From Candidatus Hydrogenedentota bacterium (GTDB lineage: Bacteria; Hydrogenedentota; Hydrogenedentia; Hydrogenedentales; SLHB01): 64,000 nucleotides of DNA. Positions 1-9,651 of this stretch are shown here, piece by piece. Under the pieces are notes generated by a model, which was given only the letters and a program-made list of their open reading frames with translations, did not search any database and had not been told where the DNA came from. The position numbers were made by a program, and so were the translations under genes. The first letter of the stretch is position 1, and every line of letters starts with the position of its first letter. The stretch covers positions 288,001-352,000 of the forward strand of contig CAXXYE010000001.1 in assembly GCA_963674865.2 (NCBI GenBank), in the 5' to 3' direction.

Positions 1-1917
1 AAGCTGCGTCAGTTCCCTGGAGGCCAGCTTAGGCGCGAGCTGTTCCACGTTGAATCCGGGGCCCAACACACACAGACCCCGGTAGACTGTCGGGCGTACC
101 ACGTCTCGAAATGCATAGCCGCCGGAAAGGACTTCGGTGAGGCCGCGGGCCGGCTCAAGGCCGAAATGACGCTCCACGTGGCCGGCGGGGGAGATATCGA
201 CCAGGAGTACGTTACGGTTCGCTGCCGCCAGGGCAATAGCGAGGTTGCAGGCCACGGTGGTTTTCCCGTCGCCCTGCGTTGGGCTTGTCACGAGACAGGA
301 GTTGATCTCGGCGATGGCATCGTCGTTGGCGAATGCGAGCCGCGAGAGAATATTCCTGAACTCGTTGGCCGCCGCCGATTCCGGGTGGTCTGCGGCGAGC
401 GTCGCCAGGACCTCTGGTTCTTTGGCATCCGCCACACTGGTGTGGGGAATGGCCGCCAAGACAGGCTTATTGGTTACGTCCACAACATCTTTCGCCGACC
501 GCACCTGTTGATCCGTTAGCTCACGCAGGAATCCGACGCCCAGGGCGGCCGCCGCCGAACTCAGCAGCGTCAGCAAGATCAACTGAAGCCGGCGGCCTGC
601 TTCCGGCGCCAAGGGGACCGTAGTAGGCGATGCCACCTTCACCCTGGCCGGGGCGTTGCTCTCCACGCCAATCGACGTGGCTTGCTCGCGAAGCGTCCTC
701 AGCACATTGCGCGTCTCTTCCGTCCTCAGCTTGAGTTCATCCAGTTCAGCCAGCGTCCTCGAGGCGTCCATGGCACGTTTATGCTGCTTCTCAACAAGCT
801 GCTCGAACGTCTCTTGCCGGCGCGCGGCGTCCGCCGCCTGTTCCCGCGCCGCGGCAAGCGCCTCCGTCGAACGGGCGAGCATCGAGGATACGACGTCCTC
901 GCGCACGGCGCGTTCCGTCTGGCTTACTTTGCCCCGGAGGGAGGAAAGGTCTTCACGTTCGACCTCGAGTTGGGGGGAGCCATCGGCGTAGCGTTGGGAG
1001 GCTCGTGCGAATGATGCTTCCGCTTGGACCAGGTCCTGCCGTAAGGTTGTGACTCGGGGATCCTCGGCCACTTCATCTTCGATTCCGAAGGCAAAGATGG
1101 CGCTTGAGGAGCCCGTTGCCTGTTCCTCTTTGATCTTCGCCAGCCGTTTGACCTCTTCCTCGGCGGTGGCGATGCGTGTCTGGGCTCGGGCGGCATCCTC
1201 CTCCGCACGTGCAAGGATCTCTCGGTAAGTCTCTGTGTCCTTCACGCCCAACTGCTCGGCGCTTGCCATAGGCACCCCGAGTTCCCGCTGCAGCTCGCTG
1301 CTTCGCGCGAGAAGGGTGTCAAGCTCGGCTTGCCGGTCGTCCCGTTCTCTTAGGAGTACGCGGAGCCGTTCGCCGCCCGCATCTGCTTCCTCACCCAAGG
1401 CATAACTCATGTACACCGCGAGGGACTTCTCGACAATCAGCTTGGCCTCGTCGCGGTCGGGCAGTGTGCAGGTGATCGTTACCAATTCGCTATTCTGGCG
1501 CACCTTGGCCTCGACGTGACTCCGCAGGAACGCCAACGGGTCGGCCTGTCGCCGGATGCAAGCCAGCCCTTGCACCTCCGGATCCTCAAGTACTCGTGAC
1601 AGCACCGCACCGCCCGTGATCAGGTTGACCTGGGTGTTGAGGAACTTGTCATACGTTGCAGGCAACTGGCCTCCGTCCGAATCGTGCAGCACGCGTGGGG
1701 CCGCGGCCAGGAAGCGCACGTCTGCCGTGGCCGTGTATTCGAGTGGCACCTTTCGCCACACGACGAGCAGGCCCGGCACCGCCAGTACAAGGAATGCCGC
1801 CGCCATAGCGCGCAGACGCAGCCTCAACATGCGTTTCACGTTCACACGCCGGGAGCCAGGTTCGGTCGGTTGTGCTTCAACAATAAGACTTGTGTTCGCT
1901 CTTGATTCTGTTTCCAT
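1..1917 (-). CDS. wzc: Polysaccharide co-polymerase / BY-kinase (Wzc/GumC-like), C-terminus runs off the window
   Basis: Own translation of the open minus frame from ATG 1917 (absent from the ORF track because there is no stop in the window). It shows an N-terminal TM (AAAFLVLAVPGLLVVW), TQVNLI, a long coiled coil, a second TM, and Walker A VTSPTQGDGKTT near 256-290. Directly downstream of wza. Confidence 0.88.
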   Translation of the reverse strand, partial: METESRANTSLIVEAQPTEPGSRRVNVKRMLRLRLRAMAAAFLVLAVPGLLVVWRKVPLEYTATADVRFLAAAPRVLHDSDGGQLPATYDKFLNTQVNLITGGAVLSRVLEDPEVQGLACIRRQADPLAFLRSHVEAKVRQNSELVTITCTLPDRDEAKLIVEKSLAVYMSYALGEEADAGGERLRVLLRERDDRQAELDTLLARSSELQRELGVPMASAEQLGVKDTETYREILARAEEDAARAQTRIATAEEEVKRLAKIKEEQATGSSSAIFAFGIEDEVAEDPRVTTLRQDLVQAEASFARASQRYADGSPQLEVEREDLSSLRGKVSQTERAVREDVVSSMLARSTEALAAAREQAADAARRQETFEQLVEKQHKRAMDASRTLAELDELKLRTEETRNVLRTLREQATSIGVESNAPARVKVASPTTVPLAPEAGRRLQLILLTLLSSAAAALGVGFLRELTDQQVRSAKDVVDVTNKPVLAAIPHTSVADAKEPEVLATLAADHPESAAANEFRNILSRLAFANDDAIAEINSCLVTSPTQGDGKTTVACNLAIALAAANRNVLLVDISPAGHVERHFGLEPARGLTEVLSGGYAFRDVVRPTVYRGLCVLGPGFNVEQLAPKLASRELTQL

Positions 1918-1946
1918 TGTCTTGAACCGTCCGCATAGGGCGTTCC

Positions 1947-3194
1947 TTAACGCCGCAAGAGTCCTAGGTTCGCCACCGTCTCGAGAACGGAGAGGGGCGT
2001 CGTTCCGTATCGGGAGTCGTCGTCAAGCAACTGGTCGTAACGGTCGCGCGTGTAGTATGCGTCGTAGGCTTTCATGTACAGGTCGAGAATCGGCGAAACC
2101 GTCTCCGTCAGTTGCGTGAACCTCATGAGATTGTCATGGAGGCTTACGAGGGCGCCGCGCGGCACGTACAGGATGTCGCCGGCATGCACCTCCGGGCTGG
2201 CGCCCGTCTGCAATGCTTTTCGAACGTCGATGAGCATCGCTTCCGTGTGTTGCCCATCGACTTGGCGAAGCAGCACTGCCCCGCGCATCCGCGCCGTCCG
2301 CTCGAGCGGCCCGCCCGCCCGGACGAGCAGTTGAAGCACCGTGGTACCGTCGAGAAGCGGATATACGTTCGGGTTCTGCACCTCCCCGAGCACGTAAACC
2401 AGATTCAGGCCTTCAGGCAGGTACACCACATCACCCGGAAACACAGGCGTGTCTGAGGGGTGCTCGCCGGGGTGCCGTAAGCCGCGCAGGTCATGCTCGA
2501 AGACCTCGCGATGTCCGCTGACGTGACGAATCAGAAAAGCCTTCGTCAACTGGCCTTGCGCGCCGATGTACGACTCGCCCTCGCGTGTGTCCACGCGCAG
2601 CCCGCCGGCGAGATTGATCGCTTGCAGCAGAGAGATGGGCCGCTCGTAAGGGTACTCGTCCGGCCGCTCGACATCTCCCATGACGAAGTATGACTTGCTC
2701 ATGACTTCGTTGACTGTCAGGCTCAGGCGCGGGTTGCGAAACACCGTGCTGTAGGCGTCGCGTACCGCCTCCACCGCTTCCTCGCGTGTCAAGCCGGAGA
2801 GCTTGATGTCATTGATCAGGGGGAGCGATACGCACCCATCGTAACGCACTACCACTTCACGGCTTAAGGCCGGGTCGTCGTAGAACTTGAAGTCCAATGC
2901 GTCTCCCGGGCCGATGCTAAAGGCCATCGCCATCTCGGCGTGCCGGGCCACTTCCTCGGGACTTGCCCCGTCATGCTCTCCCGTTGTCGGCTGTTCCGGA
3001 ATCTCGTAGAGTTCATTGGTGCGGACAATTGTCCGCTCCTTCACCACCCCGTCGCTCTTCTGTGTCGATACCACTTCGTGCGACACGCCGGAGGGAGGGG
3101 AAGTCGTTGCGCAACTTGCCATAAGCAGAGCGAGCCCGGCGACCAGTATCGCGTAGAAACTGCCTGCGGCTATGTTTGTCAACGTGTCCTTCAT
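1947..3194 (-). CDS. wza: Polysaccharide export outer-membrane lipoprotein (Poly_export plus SLBB domains)
   Basis: IGPGDAL...VRYDGCVSLPLI...SGLTREE Poly_export motif, two SLBB repeats (VMGDVERP, VLGEVQNP) and lipobox LLMASC. Start trimmed to ATG 3194. Confidence 0.9.
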   Translation of the reverse strand: MKDTLTNIAAGSFYAILVAGLALLMASCATTSPPSGVSHEVVSTQKSDGVVKERTIVRTNELYEIPEQPTTGEHDGASPEEVARHAEMAMAFSIGPGDALDFKFYDDPALSREVVVRYDGCVSLPLINDIKLSGLTREEAVEAVRDAYSTVFRNPRLSLTVNEVMSKSYFVMGDVERPDEYPYERPISLLQAINLAGGLRVDTREGESYIGAQGQLTKAFLIRHVSGHREVFEHDLRGLRHPGEHPSDTPVFPGDVVYLPEGLNLVYVLGEVQNPNVYPLLDGTTVLQLLVRAGGPLERTARMRGAVLLRQVDGQHTEAMLIDVRKALQTGASPEVHAGDILYVPRGALVSLHDNLMRFTQLTETVSPILDLYMKAYDAYYTRDRYDQLLDDDSRYGTTPLSVLETVANLGLLRR

Positions 3195-3445
3195 GCCCTG
3201 TTCCTTCTTGTCCCCGCGTGGACCTTCCACGCGTTCCCCTGCGCCCTGACTTCGGCGCGGCATCTTAGGAAAGGAACCTCCCGTGTCAGATGGCTATTCC
3301 TTCGGACATTGCGCGTGGACATCCGGGCGCGCCGACGTGCGGTGGTTTTCGATGGCTTACGATGGGGCTGACGGCAGAGTGCAAGAGGGCTTCCCTGACT
3401 CACGATAGGAATGAGTGAGGCAGGTTCGGCGCCATCGCTTGTCCC

Positions 3446-3486
3446 AAGAAAGCGAAAGGGAGCCGGCCCGTGTTGGGCCGGCTCCC
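3446..3486 (-). terminator. Intrinsic terminator after the large lipoprotein gene
   Basis: 12-bp perfect stem GGGAGCCGGCCC/GGGCCGGCTCCC with a 5-nt loop, followed on the minus strand by TTTCGCTTTCTT. Confidence 0.7.
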
Positions 3487-3504
3487 GGCGAAGAAGACTT
3501 GAGC

Positions 3505-6500
3505 CTAGAGACGGTCCTCGATGAACTGCATCAGTGCGTCGTACTTCGGGGCGTCGACGCGAGGCTGGCCAAGGTACTGCATGGCGCCCCAACGACCCCA
3601 CTTGCAGTCCTTGTAGCAATTCACATAGTGCACGAACATGCCCGCGCCGGATTGGGCCCAGGCATTCAGGTAGTCCGTGTACATCTGTCCCATGCGCGGG
3701 TCGCTGTTGACGGCGTCGAAGAGGGCGTTAACCGTGTCATTGTCCTGCACGCCCCAGTAGCCTACCAGGTGCTGGCCGCCTTCGTAGGCCACAAGGTCCA
3801 CACCGTAGTTGCCGGCGACTCCGGCGCTGCTGGTGATCCACTCGATGCTCTCAGGGAGGGCCGAGTTCTGCAATTCGCCCACCAGGTCATCTAGCGTCAT
3901 GGCGCTCACCCACGAAGCATTGTCGGGGCTGCCCAGGTATCCGCCGAAGTAAGGCGCTATCGCCAGAACATCTGTGTTCAGGTACGCATCGTTGAAGCTG
4001 AGAAGTGTCTCGGAAGCCGAGGAATTCGCCGCCTGTGCGCCCATGACACGTACGAGCCGGTCGGTCGCTCCAAACACTTGCTCGAAGATGCCGAACACCT
4101 CCACGCTTCGCGCCGACATGAAGAAGGTAACGGCCTCATACTGATTCGTCGTATAGCCACGCGCCAGGCCCTGGTCGGAGGCATACTGGGCCTGTTGGAA
4201 CTGCCAGTTCCACACCTCGTTCGAGTATTCGACGTAGACTCGGAGGCCTGCATCCAGCAGGTCGCGCACCTGCGTGGCGAGCTGGGCAATGTAGTCGTCA
4301 GTCGCTTTGTGCGGCACGTTGATCCAGGCGTCCGCGTGCAAGCGGTTCGCCAGTGCACAGATAACCTCGATGGGTACGCCGCATTCAGTCCATCGCGCGT
4401 CTTCGGGCGTGGGGCGCTCCGACCACGCCTCCTGTTCGGAGTCGTTTGTTGCCATCCAATCCATGAACCGTAAGACTTTGTAATTCTTCACCGCCGCCAG
4501 GAAGGCAGGATGAAACGCCTGCGTCGCGTAAGTGTCCTCAAAGCGCTGGAACGTGGTGTAGGGGCACTCAGCCTCGTCGTACCACCAGGAGAACGGATCC
4601 TCAGGAGAGGTCCCACCAGGCATGATCACGCGGATGTTCCGAATGTAATCGCCCGGGTCGGTCGCCGTGATCCACAGGCCCCAGCCGCCTTGAGAGGGGT
4701 CTACGTTTACAACGTCCCGTCCCGAGGCCGAGGCCGCGTCATCTTTGCACGCCGCGAACTGATACTCGATCGTGCCCTCGCCATCGTAGAGGACAATGTA
4801 CTCGCCGCCGGGATACATATCCTGCAAGTCCCAGAACAGCAGTGTCTTCGCGACTTGGCCGGATTCCAGCGAGCGGACCCAGCCGTGTTCGTCGACGTCA
4901 AGAGTGCGGCCGTCATCCCACGTATAGGCGGTTCCGGAGATCCAAGCTCGCGAGGTCTTGAAGGCGTCGAGAAAGGCCCACTCCGGACTCCAATCCGCTA
5001 TGGGCGAGAGGTTCGTTCCGAGAGGAGAGTTCTCGTTCGCGTAGGGGCCGATCGGCAACTCGCCTTCTCCCTCGCCTTCTCCCTCACCCTCACCCTCACC
5101 CTCGCCACCGCCCAGGTTCAGTGCCGCAGCGGCATCGGCATCTGTCGGGGCCGCATACGAATCTTGTGTTAGGAGCAGCACGTCCAACCTCGGTGCAACG
5201 GGCAGGACCTCACGCTTCTCGACGATCAGCGTGTGCATGCCCGCGTCGAGGTCGCCTAGGCTGAGCGGGGAGAGCGGCCCTGTTTCGAGGCCGCCATCGC
5301 CGTCCCAGTGCCACTCCTGGAAGTAGTCTCGATTGTTTCCGAACTTCAGAGCGGCGCCGTCGTCAACGCGAACGAGGAATGAGTTGGCGTCGTTGCTGCC
5401 CGGATCGCCCGGATAGTAGAAGCGGCCCCAGAGGTACCATGTGCCTGAGGCAGGCAAATCCACCGTATAGGCCACCTCGTCGCCGCTTCCGCCGCCGAAG
5501 GCGCTCTCCGTCGAGGCCGGGAACACCTGGCCGGCCACGAGGGAATCGGCGAGTGGGTCGGCATCGGCGCCGTTCGCAAACGCGGTACACACCGCCATGT
5601 CTCCGTAGAACGCCGCCGTCGGGTCCAGTGCCGCCGCAATCCATAATTCGGATTGCACAAAGACGCCTTCACCGCTCAACAACACCGAGACCGTACCGCG
5701 GGGGTCGTCGGATTCGATCAGCAGCTTTGCCTGGCGAATCCCTTCTTCCGATGGCGTGAAGGCTATTTCGACTTGCGTGGACGCTTCGGGCGCGAGTGCG
5801 AAAGGCGGTTCCGGCCCGCCGCTCAGGAGGAACTCCGATGCCTCTGAGCCCGTCACGTCCAATCCCGAGACGGCCAGCGTCGTGCCGCCGATGTTCGTCA
5901 GCACGAGCGTGGCAGGCGCGCTACTCAAGCCCGTCGGGACGCCGCCGAAATCGAGGGTGTCGATGTTGACTTGAAGCTCGGGCGGGGGAAGCGCCAATCC
6001 CTCGCCGGACAGGGCCACTTCCGCGGCGCCGGCGGGGGCGTTCGACGCAACTACCAAAGTCGCCGCAGCCAAACCCACCTCGGACGGCGCAAACGTGATG
6101 TTGAACGTGGCAGAGCCGGACGGATCGAGCGTGCAGCCGTCCGAATTCTCGCATACGAATCCCGCCCCAACAACCGTGGCGCCGGCGATCTCGAGCGTGG
6201 CTTCCCCGGTGTTTGTTACGATGACGGAACGCGCTTCGGAAACCTCGCCGACGACAAGCGAGCCGAAGTCCAACGAAGTCGCGTTCAAGGACAGCTCGGG
6301 CGCGGGAGCTTCGAGTCCAAGCCCGGCCTCCGCGGCTTCATCGCTTGGGACAAACGCCGGATCGGCTGTCACGACCAGCACGTCCAGGCGCGGCGGGATC
6401 GGCTTCACTTCACGCTTTTCGATTACCAGTGTATGATTTCCTGCTTCCAGCCAGCCGAGGTACAGCGCGCTCGGGGCGCCCCTCTCGACATCTCCATCGC

Positions 6501-7866
6501 CGTCCCAGTGCCATTGCTGGTAGAAATCCTTGTTGTTCCCGAACTTGGCGCGTTTGCCGCCGTCGACGCTGGCTAGGAACGAGTTGGCGTCATTGCTTCC
6601 CGGCGCGCCGGGATAATAGAACCGGCCCCAGAGATACCAGTGCCCGGAGTCGGGTAGGGTGACCGTGTATACAGCCTCATCCCCACTGCCGCCGTTGAGG
6701 GAGTTCTTCGCCGAATCGGCGAAGATCAGCGTGTCGGTGATTGCGTTTTTCAAGGGGTCGGCATCTGTATCCGCCGCGTAGGCCGCCGAGTAGGTCATTG
6801 AGCCGTTGAATGTGACGGCGTCCGCTGCCGCGTTAAGCCAGACCTCATTCACAGATTCCGGTACCACGCCAGTGCCCGACAATGGAATGATCGCATCGCC
6901 CGCAGGATCGTCGGAAGCTATAACCAACTCGGCCTCGCGAGTTCCCTCGGCGGAAGGGCAGAAAACCACGCTGACGGTTGCCGTCTCGCCCGGTTGAAGC
7001 GTGCAAGGTACAGAGGCATCCGCCGAGAAATCGGCGGCGTTGGCTCCAGACACGCTCAACGTAGACACGTACAGCGGCGCGTCACCGAAGTTTGAGAGCG
7101 TTAGGTCTTTCGCCGGCGATGGTTCGGACACCCTTGTGTCATCGAAGGCAAGGCTGACGGGTGTTACCGCCAGTTCCGGAAGTGCCGGCGCCAAACCCAG
7201 CGCCTGGACGGCTTCTGCATCGGTGGGGATATAGCCGGCCGATGAGGTCAACACAAGTACGTCGAGGCGGGGCGACTCGGGCGTTACTTCGCGCTTCCCG
7301 ATGGTGAGCGTGTGCTCTCCCGCCGCAAGCCATCCGAGATATGCCGGTGTGCAGGAACCTGTCTCGACATTGCCGTCGCCGTCCCAGTGCCATTGCTGGA
7401 AATGATCTTTGTTATTGCCCAGCTTCCGGCCCGCCCCGGAGTCCACGGACACCCAAAACGAGTTAGCGGCGTTGCTTCCGGGGGTGCCGGGATAGTAGAA
7501 GCGGCCCCAGAGATACCAATCTCCGTCGGATGGCAGTTGGACGATGTATTGAACCGTGTCGTCATCCATCCCGGCAAGCGCATCGACCGAGCTCTCGGCG
7601 TAAACAAGGAAGTCGCCCAGCGCATCCGCTTCAGGATCCATATCCTGTCCGCCGGAGAACGCATCGGAGAATGTCATGGCCTGACTGAATGCTGCCGTCG
7701 CGTCAGACGCCGCGGCAACCCATATGACTCCAGGCGCAGCGCTTTCAATCTCCTTGCCCGGCAAGGTGGCGGGGCAGGCGGCAAGAGTGAAGAGCAGCAG
7801 GATCGCGAGCATAGACAATGTGAGCCTGCGCGGAATGTACATGGAGGAACTGGCTGTTCTAATCAT
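3505..7866 (-). CDS. Large multidomain lipoprotein: 3 CBM-like beta-sandwich repeats, 3 Ig-like (ASH/choice-of-anchor D) domains, GE linker, C-terminal glycoside-hydrolase-like domain
   Basis: ATG 7866 preceded by AGGAG; lipobox FTLAAC; three copies of WYLWGRFYYPG..N.ANSF..VD.G...GNN.D.FQ.WHWDGDG; three L.F...V......L.N.G...L Ig repeats; C-terminal domain with LRFMDW, YVEYSNEVWN and AYEGGQH. Confidence 0.75.
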   Translation of the reverse strand: MIRTASSSMYIPRRLTLSMLAILLLFTLAACPATLPGKEIESAAPGVIWVAAASDATAAFSQAMTFSDAFSGGQDMDPEADALGDFLVYAESSVDALAGMDDDTVQYIVQLPSDGDWYLWGRFYYPGTPGSNAANSFWVSVDSGAGRKLGNNKDHFQQWHWDGDGNVETGSCTPAYLGWLAAGEHTLTIGKREVTPESPRLDVLVLTSSAGYIPTDAEAVQALGLAPALPELAVTPVSLAFDDTRVSEPSPAKDLTLSNFGDAPLYVSTLSVSGANAADFSADASVPCTLQPGETATVSVVFCPSAEGTREAELVIASDDPAGDAIIPLSGTGVVPESVNEVWLNAAADAVTFNGSMTYSAAYAADTDADPLKNAITDTLIFADSAKNSLNGGSGDEAVYTVTLPDSGHWYLWGRFYYPGAPGSNDANSFLASVDGGKRAKFGNNKDFYQQWHWDGDGDVERGAPSALYLGWLEAGNHTLVIEKREVKPIPPRLDVLVVTADPAFVPSDEAAEAGLGLEAPAPELSLNATSLDFGSLVVGEVSEARSVIVTNTGEATLEIAGATVVGAGFVCENSDGCTLDPSGSATFNITFAPSEVGLAAATLVVASNAPAGAAEVALSGEGLALPPPELQVNIDTLDFGGVPTGLSSAPATLVLTNIGGTTLAVSGLDVTGSEASEFLLSGGPEPPFALAPEASTQVEIAFTPSEEGIRQAKLLIESDDPRGTVSVLLSGEGVFVQSELWIAAALDPTAAFYGDMAVCTAFANGADADPLADSLVAGQVFPASTESAFGGGSGDEVAYTVDLPASGTWYLWGRFYYPGDPGSNDANSFLVRVDDGAALKFGNNRDYFQEWHWDGDGGLETGPLSPLSLGDLDAGMHTLIVEKREVLPVAPRLDVLLLTQDSYAAPTDADAAAALNLGGGEGEGEGEGEGEGEGELPIGPYANENSPLGTNLSPIADWSPEWAFLDAFKTSRAWISGTAYTWDDGRTLDVDEHGWVRSLESGQVAKTLLFWDLQDMYPGGEYIVLYDGEGTIEYQFAACKDDAASASGRDVVNVDPSQGGWGLWITATDPGDYIRNIRVIMPGGTSPEDPFSWWYDEAECPYTTFQRFEDTYATQAFHPAFLAAVKNYKVLRFMDWMATNDSEQEAWSERPTPEDARWTECGVPIEVICALANRLHADAWINVPHKATDDYIAQLATQVRDLLDAGLRVYVEYSNEVWNWQFQQAQYASDQGLARGYTTNQYEAVTFFMSARSVEVFGIFEQVFGATDRLVRVMGAQAANSSASETLLSFNDAYLNTDVLAIAPYFGGYLGSPDNASWVSAMTLDDLVGELQNSALPESIEWITSSAGVAGNYGVDLVAYEGGQHLVGYWGVQDNDTVNALFDAVNSDPRMGQMYTDYLNAWAQSGAGMFVHYVNCYKDCKWGRWGAMQYLGQPRVDAPKYDALMQFIEDRL
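5059..5106 (-). repeat. (Gly-Glu)8 coding microrepeat linker
   Basis: GGC GAG GGT GAG GGT GAG... encodes GEGEGEGEGEGEGEGE between the repeat region and the C-terminal domain. Confidence 0.95.
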
Positions 7867-7921
7867 AAGCGAGACTCCTAATCGCATACTTCGGTCGGTT
7901 GCGAGATTCGAGAGTCTCACT

Positions 7922-7938
7922 TGCAAGGTGTATGCCAA
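7922..7938 (-). promoter_or_regulatory. Sigma-54 (-24/-12) promoter of the EPS-locus lipoprotein gene
   Basis: Minus strand TTGGCATACACCTTGCA matches TGGCAY-N5-TTGCW with exact GG-N10-GC spacing, about 55 nt upstream of ATG 7866. Confidence 0.8.
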
Positions 7939-8139
7939 GGCCTTAGGCCGCACACCTTGCGAGGAGGGATCGGCGTCCTTGAAGCTGCCAACTTCTTGGG
8001 CGCCGAATTCTTTGTTGAGTAGCGTTTGGAGCTGATAGGAACGCGCGCTGCGCCCGTCTCCATTCTTCTATACTTGTTCCCGGTTATCTCCTTCTGTCAC
8101 ATGGCATCCCCGGCGACAGGCGGGCACTTACTGGCGAGA

Positions 8140-8220
8140 GTTCGGCAGAACATCCTGCCGAACCGCCAAACTCCTGTCACCCTATCAGAATGCCGACATG
8201 CCGTCAAACGCCGACATGCC
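8140..8220. promoter_or_regulatory. Candidate upstream activator sites: inverted repeat plus direct repeat
   Basis: GTTCGGCAG-N6-CTGCCGAAC (8140-8163) and GCCGACATGCC twice (8192-8202, 8210-8220), 200-280 bp upstream of the sigma-54 promoter. Confidence 0.45.
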
Positions 8221-8598
8221 TCCAAATTCCACGAACAATATACACAGTTTTCAGATAAAAATCAACCCTTGTTATTTAATATCCCACTGCGTCGTCGCCT
8301 GGGGCCGCTCTGGCGAGTCCGAGACGGCGCGCGCTCAGACCGTCTTCAGCTTCACTTTCCCCCGGCCGGGCAACCGCAAACCATGAGCGGACGGCCGTTG
8401 CTGACCCGGCCCGCCAATGCCGGCCTGTGGGCCCGGAAGCAAAGGTAATTCCTGATCTTGCAAGCATATGCGCATAAGACTTGAACGATACCGTGTGGCA
8501 TTTGTGCCGGAGGGTAAGCGCTGAGATGACAATGCCGCCCAAAACCCGGTAAACTCTGCGTTTGAGACGCACTGGAGACACAACCAGGAAGGTTGAGC

Positions 8599-9651
8599 AT
8601 GGGAAACGATGAGAAACTGATTATTGGACTTCCGGCCGGCTCGCTGGCCGATGCCTCCCGAGGCGGGAAGCTGGGTGAACTTCTGAAACACGCCGGCTTC
8701 CCCACAAAGGGATACGATAAGGGGGGGCCGAGCACTTTCCCCGTCACGGGCTTCCTCGTGGGATGGGACGGCCGCCCTCAGGAATTCGGCTCCCAACTTG
8801 TCGTGGGCGAGATCGACATTGCCGTGGCCGGCGACGATTGGGTCCGCGAGCGCGTGCTGGAGTTCAAGTACGAATATGCCCAGGACATTGCCCTTACAAA
8901 GGTCCTTTCCCTGGGCAGGGGTGATGTGCGTATCGTCATCATCACCCAACCTCCCGAGGGCGACCTGTCTTGCGACACGTGGCTGAAAAGTCTTCTCGCG
9001 GCCAAGCCGTTGGTAACGATGGTTTCCGAGATGCCCTATATCGCCCTTGATTGGTTCCAGCGCAAAGCCGCGGCGCTGGGTTTTGCTGAGTCCCATAAGG
9101 CGTTTTCCGTACAGAAGTTTAAGACCCCCCCGCGAATCGATTCCGGTATCGTCATCTACGAGACCTGGGGGAAGACCGAGGCCAAGGTTAAGCACGGCTC
9201 CGTGGATTTCGGCCTCGAGATCACTCAGACGGGCGGCGCAATTCAGAACTACGGACTCCACATTATGGATGTCATCATGGAGTCCGAGGCCGGCATCTGG
9301 GTTAATCCCGCGCTGAAGGATAGTCCCGCGAAATACGCTCTGGCTCAGATGTTCCTACTTAACCTCTACGGTTCCATCTTTGCCGAAGACAAGGTGCTTC
9401 TGGTGTTCAATGCCAAGAAGGACCGTGTAGCCGCCGTGATGGATTATCTTGAAAGCAATAACCTGTTCGCTGACGAGCCCACTATGAAGGAAGGGGTAAA
9501 CTTCACGGAATTCAGCATTCAGGTTGATGTGAGTTCCAGCGCGCTTCCCTTGGCGCGGGTACGCTACGAGTTGGCTAGGCTGGGCGCCACGGGGATCGAG
9601 ACCATCCCGTTGGAATCCTCTATACCCGGCCTCGACGTTATTCCGCTCTAA
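8599..9651 (+). CDS. hisG: ATP phosphoribosyltransferase, divergent long form
   Basis: GLPAGSL (cf. GLPKGSL), RPQE, G.ID.AVAG.DW..E, WGKTEAK and EITQTG, plus a C-terminal regulatory-like domain ending L.RLGATGI..IP. Confidence 0.7.
   Translation: MGNDEKLIIGLPAGSLADASRGGKLGELLKHAGFPTKGYDKGGPSTFPVTGFLVGWDGRPQEFGSQLVVGEIDIAVAGDDWVRERVLEFKYEYAQDIALTKVLSLGRGDVRIVIITQPPEGDLSCDTWLKSLLAAKPLVTMVSEMPYIALDWFQRKAAALGFAESHKAFSVQKFKTPPRIDSGIVIYETWGKTEAKVKHGSVDFGLEITQTGGAIQNYGLHIMDVIMESEAGIWVNPALKDSPAKYALAQMFLLNLYGSIFAEDKVLLVFNAKKDRVAAVMDYLESNNLFADEPTMKEGVNFTEFSIQVDVSSSALPLARVRYELARLGATGIETIPLESSIPGLDVIPL

Noticed and set aside
166..2119. Several short plus-strand ORFs
   Set aside because: Antisense to the continuous wzc and wza frames.
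5120..7725. Recurring DNA repeats such as gccgtcccagtgcca that might suggest an array
   Set aside because: They are in-frame protein domain repeats spaced by about 1 kb; not CRISPR.
8255..8275. IHF-like AATCAACCCTTG
   Set aside because: Spacing does not fit WATCAANNNNTTR, and it lies outside the enhancer-promoter interval.
8500..8598. GCTGAGA in the hisG leader resembling a TPP riboswitch; possible His leader peptide
   Set aside because: The downstream CUGAU/AGGGA core is missing and there is no His-codon-rich leader ORF.
8335..9261. 308-aa minus-strand ORF
   Set aside because: Antisense shadow of hisG.
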